Source: an uncultured virus (IMG/VR IMGVR_UViG_3300017917_002187) (Duplodnaviria; Heunggongvirae; Uroviricota; Caudoviricetes). From it: a DNA stretch of 64,000 nt. The translations under genes and the position numbers were made by a program. The notes beneath the pieces are model-generated. The model made no database searches, was not told where the DNA came from, and saw only the letters and a program-made list of their open reading frames with translations. The stretch lies in the IMG/VR virus record IMGVR_UViG_3300017917_002187, one strand, 5' to 3'. Positions within the stretch are counted from its first letter, which is position 1. Each line of letters starts with the position of its first letter. Below are positions 58,544 to 64,000 of this stretch, in pieces.

Positions 58544-59026
58544 TTATTGTATGTTGTATTTTTCTTTTAGAATTTTCAATGTATCTTTTGCTGATTTGTG
58601 AAGAATACCTTCACCACCATCTTCAATCCACCCGTTGATGTTGTCTTCTCTATCATCGATTAAAATGTGATTAGGTGATGCAAATTCTCTTTTACGTGAT
58701 GCACTTCTAAGGATTAATGGTACACCTGGTAGTTCTCTTTCAACCCAATCAAATTTACCTACTCTTGAGTCGTTACTCCTTGAGGGTGCCGATAAAAGTG
58801 TTGGTTTATATTTGGATATTACATCCCATAATTCTTTACCATCTGGCATCCACTCCATGTTTACCCAAAACTCGTAACCAGCACTATTAATTGGGTCCCA
58901 AAAACTTTTATCGTTTAAGTGTCTACCTGCTAAATCTACACCAGTAAGATTGAAATATGCTTTTTCAAAGTTGGTTAAAACACCATCCATATCACAATAT
59001 ATCTTGTATTGTTTTTCTTCACTCAT
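58544..59026 (-). CDS. HAD-family 5'(3')-deoxyribonucleotidase-like
   Basis: YCDMDGVL, LSAP, ILIDDR. Confidence 0.85.
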   Translation of the reverse strand: MSEEKQYKIYCDMDGVLTNFEKAYFNLTGVDLAGRHLNDKSFWDPINSAGYEFWVNMEWMPDGKELWDVISKYKPTLLSAPSRSNDSRVGKFDWVERELPGVPLILRSASRKREFASPNHILIDDREDNINGWIEDGGEGILHKSAKDTLKILKEKYNIQ

Positions 59027-59055
59027 GTGGACAAATGTATGGTATTTTTTTAAAT

Positions 59056-59079
59056 AAAAAAAAGACCCGAAGGTCTTTT
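59056..59079 (-). terminator. intrinsic terminator
   Basis: AAAAGACC-CGAA-GGTCTTTT with A-tract. Confidence 0.75.
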
Positions 59080-59089
59080 CTAATTTTTT

Positions 59090-59419
59090 TTACCAATCTT
59101 CCTCATTTTCAGTGGGTTCGTCTTCATCTTCTTCATCATAAAACTCATCTTCCATATCAATTTCGGACTCCAATTCATCAATTAAGTAGTCGTAAACCAA
59201 CTCTTCCGTGAGCCAAAATGGAATATCTTCATCACTATTTGACTCAAAGTGTTTAATGTCGATGTTTTCCCGGTCAATATAACCAATATCATTAAAGTCT
59301 TCGGAATAATCGGTGGTGTTAAATTTTTCAAAAGTGACATAAATTTCAAATTGTTCGTCACTTTCAGGATCAAATACATTGATGACTTTGGTGTTTAGAC
59401 CTTTTTTTGATTTTTTCAT
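59090..59419 (-). CDS. highly acidic hypothetical protein
   Basis: Asp/Glu-rich. Confidence 0.7.
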   Translation of the reverse strand: MKKSKKGLNTKVINVFDPESDEQFEIYVTFEKFNTTDYSEDFNDIGYIDRENIDIKHFESNSDEDIPFWLTEELVYDYLIDELESEIDMEDEFYDEEDEDEPTENEEDW

Positions 59420-59484
59420 TATAAAAAAAATGGATAATTATACAAAATATAATTATCCATAATTTTATGAAAATCCAATATTGG

Positions 59485-59670
59485 TTATAAAGATCCTAAA
59501 ACGTCACCAGTGTTTGTATCAAAAACATAATATTTTCCATCCTGACCTTTACCAATTGCAATAGGTAAATCAGATTTCGTTTCTGTTTCTTGTTCTTGAG
59601 TTTCACTTTGATTAATATTCTCAACGATATTCTTAATATCTTTAAGTTTTAATTTAACGACTTTTGCCAT
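59485..59670 (-). CDS. small hypothetical protein, late-type
   Basis: MAKVVKLKLKDIKNIVENI; TATTTAT box upstream. Confidence 0.65.
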   Translation of the reverse strand: MAKVVKLKLKDIKNIVENINQSETQEQETETKSDLPIAIGKGQDGKYYVFDTNTGDVLGSL

Positions 59671-59704
59671 GTTTTTACTTTTACTAATAAATATCTTTAA
59701 AAAT

Positions 59705-59728
59705 AAAAAACCCCCAATTAGGGGGTTT
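59705..59728 (-). terminator. intrinsic terminator
   Basis: AAACCCCC-AATTA-GGGGGTTT. Confidence 0.8.
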
Positions 59729-59733
59729 ATTTT

Positions 59734-60390
59734 TTATCCAACAACATTTTTCATATCGTCAGCATGGTGATCAAGTGGTCCCAACTCGGAACCTATCGGT
59801 ACATGTTTCATTAATGGATAAACCTCATTAGTCAAATCATATGGTCTAAATTCTGGGTGACCATCCATACCGATATCCATTCTCCTACCACCACTGATTT
59901 TTTGATCATGTGGTAAATGACAATGACCATGTAAATGAATGCGACCATTTCGTAAATTATTCCAAGATGTTATCGGGTAATGCATTATCTCAAAGGTGTG
60001 TCCATGGTATTCCAATCTCATAAAGTCCCGAACACTGGCAAATAGTCTTTGACAATTTTCACGATTTCTTTCAATATGATGATCGTGATTACCAAAGATT
60101 AAATGTATTTCTTTACATAAAATCCTATCTCTGAATATTTGAATGTTCTCAAACCCACCAAAAGACCAATCCCCACCATGAATTAAAACATCATCCTCAC
60201 CAACAACCCCATTTATGTTGTTGACGATTGCGTCGTTCATCTCATCAAGAGTCATAAAATCTCTAGTCTGATTCACTGGTATTGATCCATCGGACATTTT
60301 CCAATTTGTAATCCCTCTACAGATATTAGTATGTCCGTAATGTGTGTCAGATGTTATCCAAACTTTTCTGTCTTTTCCTATTTTTAACAT
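59734..60390 (-). CDS. calcineurin-like metallophosphoesterase
   Basis: SDTHYGH, GD, GNHD, HYP, HGHCH. Confidence 0.9.
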   Translation of the reverse strand: MLKIGKDRKVWITSDTHYGHTNICRGITNWKMSDGSIPVNQTRDFMTLDEMNDAIVNNINGVVGEDDVLIHGGDWSFGGFENIQIFRDRILCKEIHLIFGNHDHHIERNRENCQRLFASVRDFMRLEYHGHTFEIMHYPITSWNNLRNGRIHLHGHCHLPHDQKISGGRRMDIGMDGHPEFRPYDLTNEVYPLMKHVPIGSELGPLDHHADDMKNVVG

Positions 60391-60426
60391 AATGGGACAA
60401 ATATAATACTTTTTAAAATATTATCC

Positions 60427-60458
60427 AAAAAAAAATCCCCGATTTCTCGGGGACTTTT
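60427..60458 (-). terminator. intrinsic terminator
   Basis: TCCCCGA-TTTC-TCGGGGA flanked by A/T tracts. Confidence 0.8.
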
Positions 60459-61754
60459 TTATTTAGTTAACTCTTTTACTATTTTGTCTACCAGTTTTTG
60501 AACCGATTCTTGTAAACCTAAGTCATCAAGACCACCCTCAACTGAAGTATTTGCATAACTCAATAATTCTTCAAAACTAATAGATTCGACTCTTTGTTTC
60601 AATTCATCACAAGCCGCGATAAAACCTTCTTTTATGTTAGTATCGTTCATTAAAACGAAATTAGGATTTTCTTTTGCCCCGGGTCTTAATTGTACGTTTT
60701 TTGAAACACTAATGTCGTTTAATGTTTTGAAACCATTCTTTAATCTATCATCAGTTTCAAGTTTTTCACCTAATTTAACTGACATGTTTATGTTCCAAAC
60801 AAAACTATTTTCACCAGTAAATTCACCCATGATATTCATGTCCATCCTTACTGTTGCATCGATATTAGCCTCTTCAAAATCTCTACTTTGTTTTTTTTGT
60901 ATTGGTGTTAAACCTACAAATCTCTTGCTCATTTTTCTACCAGCATCGTAGTTAGGATATTTTGTATTGAATTGTCTAGATATTCTAAGGTTCTTGGTAT
61001 TTGTTGTTTCAAAATCACCCATGTCATTGTTAATAACAGTCTCTAAAAAATCAAACTTGTTTTCAAACAACGTACCTGCAAATAACCTAAAAGATATTTT
61101 ATCATTTGAAAATTCAGGTGAATGTTGATCCCCATAACCTCTTAACCCTTGAAAAAGAGTATTCATTGTACCTTTTACTAAAGGTGAGAATGGGATTGTT
61201 TTTTTTCTAAAAACATCACTAACGTTTGGACCAAAAAGTTCTTCTCTCATTAGTTTACCAATAATGGTTTTGTTTTCTCTTTCAACCCTTTTTTCTAAAT
61301 TTTCTTCAGGTGACACCTCATCACTTGTGGGTTTATCTTCTGGTTTTGACCATCCCTTTGAAGATAAAAATGATTTAAGTTCTTTACTTGGATAGTCGGT
61401 CTTTTTACATGGTGCGTAAAGAATTTCTTTAACAACCTCATCTGTAGAAGTACCATATTTGTTGTGATACTTTTCAGCCAAACCTTCCAACCACTCTTTA
61501 TTGCTTTCGGTGAACTGAGCCAATTCCTGACAATCTAAACTAATAACGACTTGGTTAATTGATGGTATGTAATAACCGTCGGGTTCACCATACTCACCCG
61601 GTGGTGTTGGATTAGATGGGGAAAATATTGGTCCAAAATCACCTTTAGGTGCTTTATCTGTTCTTGTACCCTTAGGTCTTAAGGCCATTTCCTCCATATC
61701 ACCTTGTACGGATTCTATTAAATTTTTAAGATAATCTTTTGTGATTTTATCCAT
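60459..61754 (-). CDS. hypothetical protein, late-type (possible virion protein)
   Basis: LKNLIES leader, LQES.. C-terminus, TATTTAT box upstream. Confidence 0.7.
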   Translation of the reverse strand: MDKITKDYLKNLIESVQGDMEEMALRPKGTRTDKAPKGDFGPIFSPSNPTPPGEYGEPDGYYIPSINQVVISLDCQELAQFTESNKEWLEGLAEKYHNKYGTSTDEVVKEILYAPCKKTDYPSKELKSFLSSKGWSKPEDKPTSDEVSPEENLEKRVERENKTIIGKLMREELFGPNVSDVFRKKTIPFSPLVKGTMNTLFQGLRGYGDQHSPEFSNDKISFRLFAGTLFENKFDFLETVINNDMGDFETTNTKNLRISRQFNTKYPNYDAGRKMSKRFVGLTPIQKKQSRDFEEANIDATVRMDMNIMGEFTGENSFVWNINMSVKLGEKLETDDRLKNGFKTLNDISVSKNVQLRPGAKENPNFVLMNDTNIKEGFIAACDELKQRVESISFEELLSYANTSVEGGLDDLGLQESVQKLVDKIVKELTK

Positions 61755-61797
61755 AATAAAACGTTTTCTATATAAATACCAAGAAAAACGTATTTTT

Positions 61798-62037
61798 TTA
61801 CTTTAGATAAAGTAATTTTCTGATTTTCTCACCCAATTTTAGGTCATTTGGTGTGTCAATAATTACTTTTTTGGGTATACAGATAATATTATCATCATTT
61901 TTCTCTTCAAAACAACCTAAACATAGTTGACCTACTCCCTCAATATAACCAATTCTATGGTCAATGTGTGTTTCGGTTGTGTAAATGGTTTCTTTACCAC
62001 AAATCACGCAATTGTCGTGTGTAATTGACTTTTCCAT
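61798..62037 (-). CDS. small zinc-binding protein
   Basis: CVICGK...GYIEG.GQLC..C. Confidence 0.7.
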   Translation of the reverse strand: MEKSITHDNCVICGKETIYTTETHIDHRIGYIEGVGQLCLGCFEEKNDDNIICIPKKVIIDTPNDLKLGEKIRKLLYLK

Positions 62038-62085
62038 AATAATAAAATTTTGGTAAAAATAAGAATAAATTTATAAAAAAACAAA

Positions 62086-62967
62086 TTAAGCCAAACTTCT
62101 TATTTTTGGTTCGGCCCCTCTATCATAACCTGAAACTACTTTTGCAACTAAATCACCAGTACCCCATGTTTTAAGAGACTCACATTTTGCAATATTTTCA
62201 GCACCGATGTCATTAATCAAACCATTAACAATACAGTTATATCTACCATTTTTTAATGTTTTAATTGTTGCAATAACACCATCTTCGGCAGTTTGGTAGC
62301 TTTTCACACCATGACTATTAATTGTGACTGCTCCTGACATTTTTTGGGTTGTATTAAATGGATTGTATTTTCCACCACTACCTTCAGCTTGTCTCCAAGC
62401 GAGCATGAATTTCATATTTTCGGGTGATACGGGTGCTCCAAGACCCTCCAATATCTTTTCATATACATTAGTATCAGTAATACCCTGTACAGATATAGTC
62501 TTATCTATATATTTTTTCAAATCTTCAGATTTAACACCTTTTTGTTTTAGGTTTTCAACCAACTTTTTTAACATGTCAGGTGTTGCAACAGTGATTGGTG
62601 AACTTTCATCAAACTCAATACCATTATCTTGTTTAAATTTATTAACCGCCGACGCTGTTTCAGGACCAAATAACCCATCAACCCCATATTTGGGTAGTTG
62701 ATACCCTAAAAGTATTAAACCTATTTGCATTGACTCAACACCTTTTTGGAAATTGTATGAACCCTTTTCTTGTTGTGACAATCCATTGGATTCTATTTCT
62801 TTCTCCAGTGTCTTATAGAAATCACTTACGTCATCAGATACCTCATCCGCTTTTTTAGGATCATCTTTTTTTCCAAATAGCCTATCTAAAAATCCTTCTT
62901 CAATAACCTTCTGTCCGTAAGTTATCGTATGTATTCTCTCAAGTTCCTCTTTTAATGTTTTTTTCAT
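62086..62967 (-). CDS. peptidoglycan-binding domain protein with putative lytic domain
   Basis: Q..L..LGY, GVDGLFGPET..AV..F; W..AEG, YNPFNTT. Confidence 0.75.
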   Translation of the reverse strand: MKKTLKEELERIHTITYGQKVIEEGFLDRLFGKKDDPKKADEVSDDVSDFYKTLEKEIESNGLSQQEKGSYNFQKGVESMQIGLILLGYQLPKYGVDGLFGPETASAVNKFKQDNGIEFDESSPITVATPDMLKKLVENLKQKGVKSEDLKKYIDKTISVQGITDTNVYEKILEGLGAPVSPENMKFMLAWRQAEGSGGKYNPFNTTQKMSGAVTINSHGVKSYQTAEDGVIATIKTLKNGRYNCIVNGLINDIGAENIAKCESLKTWGTGDLVAKVVSGYDRGAEPKIRSLA

Positions 62968-63007
62968 ACATTAATAAATATCACTTTGAAGAGAAAATAT
63001 TTGTGAA

Positions 63008-63373
63008 TTATTCGACAATGTCACCCTTTTGAATTGCGGTCCATAAAACCTTGTCAACATTTTTAACAATCATCATATGACCATCTGGTTGTTGAATACA
63101 CAACCAATTTATTGATGGGTCATTTTCATCAGATTCACCACTAACAACAACACCTATGGGTAAACCATAATCGGAACCTTTCCAAACTCTGGGTTGCACA
63201 ACCGGTGTTGTTTCCTCTACTGCTGGTGATTTGGGTTGTTCAACTTTTGGTTGTGGACTTTCTAATAACTTTTCATCCGTTTTTTTAGAACCCTCAACGA
63301 AAAACAATGTGATTATTGAAACTAAAACAATAACAATAATAATACTTATTGATATACGTATTTTATCTATCAT
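63008..63373 (-). CDS. membrane-anchored hypothetical protein
   Basis: N-terminal TM, Pro-rich linker. Confidence 0.7.
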   Translation of the reverse strand: MIDKIRISISIIIVIVLVSIITLFFVEGSKKTDEKLLESPQPKVEQPKSPAVEETTPVVQPRVWKGSDYGLPIGVVVSGESDENDPSINWLCIQQPDGHMMIVKNVDKVLWTAIQKGDIVE

Positions 63374-63948
63374 AACAAATACTTTAATATTTTATCCTTA
63401 ATACCTGTTTGTTTTATTCCCTCATTTGAATTGGGTGTTAAAACAAAATTGGTTAACCCGTCATGATTGAAGATTTCATTTTCAAAAGGTTTTTTATCAT
63501 AAATTCCCAAATTCAAATCGTCAACTGCAACCCAATGTGTAACTTCAGGGTGCTGGTTCAACCAATATTTTATCTCAATAACACGTTCATGTTCAATGTG
63601 TGCGTAGTTATGAAACCTTTTCCACCAATCAGGATCAATGTCCTTAGTATGTGCGGTCATATCAATTGGTGCTTTAATCACCCCTTTACTTAAATAATAC
63701 CCCTGTAATTCTTCGAGAGTTGCATGATACCTCCAATCGGAACTAATAACATAATCGGCACCAGTCTCGGTTAATATTTCATTTAATACTTCAATTGCTT
63801 TGGTATCAAAATTATCAAACCGGTGATCCATATCGTAAGAAGCTTTATGACCATTTTTAGCCATCCATTTTCTTAACTTCTTATGTCGGGTACCCCAATT
63901 ATCCGATAAACAAATTACCCCATCATTATCTAAAAATAGTACTTTCAT
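63370..63948 (-). CDS. HAD domain protein (Swiss Army Knife RNA-repair type, HAD_SAK_2-like)
   Basis: LFLDNDGV, VISSDWR, EI..WL, WVAVDD. Confidence 0.8.
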   Translation of the reverse strand: MKVLFLDNDGVICLSDNWGTRHKKLRKWMAKNGHKASYDMDHRFDNFDTKAIEVLNEILTETGADYVISSDWRYHATLEELQGYYLSKGVIKAPIDMTAHTKDIDPDWWKRFHNYAHIEHERVIEIKYWLNQHPEVTHWVAVDDLNLGIYDKKPFENEIFNHDGLTNFVLTPNSNEGIKQTGIKDKILKYLL

Positions 63949-64000
63949 TTTTATTTTTTTTGTATTACTAAATCTTTTATTTATTCTCCATAATTTAATT

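Noticed and set aside
1..64000. Stop-codon recoding, and the many antisense ORFs in the track
   Set aside because: Known enzymes are full length in the standard code, and TAA/TGA/TAG all end genes; antisense ORFs lie opposite well-supported genes

Overview
AT-rich, densely packed accessory region of a large (jumbo-type) dsDNA phage. The host is very probably Bacteroidota, because TAnnTTTG/-33 TTTG promoters precede most operons. No full-length virion structural or core replication genes are present. Genes run on + from 1 to about 8.9 kb, then converge on a long minus-strand block (9.16-64 kb) interrupted by one two-gene plus-strand island (SpeD-like). Recognisable functions: a Prs-like + Nampt-like pair (NARP1-type NAD+ reconstitution) with NADAR; an RNA/tRNA repair cluster (RNA ligase, Thg1, Pth2-like, CCA-type nucleotidyltransferase); three DNA methyltransferases; UvrD-like helicase; DenV-like glycosylase; HD hydrolase; radical SAM; SPFH; peptidoglycan enzymes; a stand-alone DnaA C-terminal domain. 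The most unusual signals are: (1) a short [FY]KL[LI][RST]G peptide tag on 10-11 small proteins, some of which look like isolated fragments of portal, tail sheath and terminase; (2) four tRNA-like RNAs sharing a GGTYAGG acceptor stem and T-arm but with aberrant, variable central arms (78-211 nt); (3) a 12-bp ATTTAGTCTGGA motif repeated nine times on one strand in intergenic DNA of the first 8.4 kb. All family assignments come from motif recognition by eye, not from database searches.
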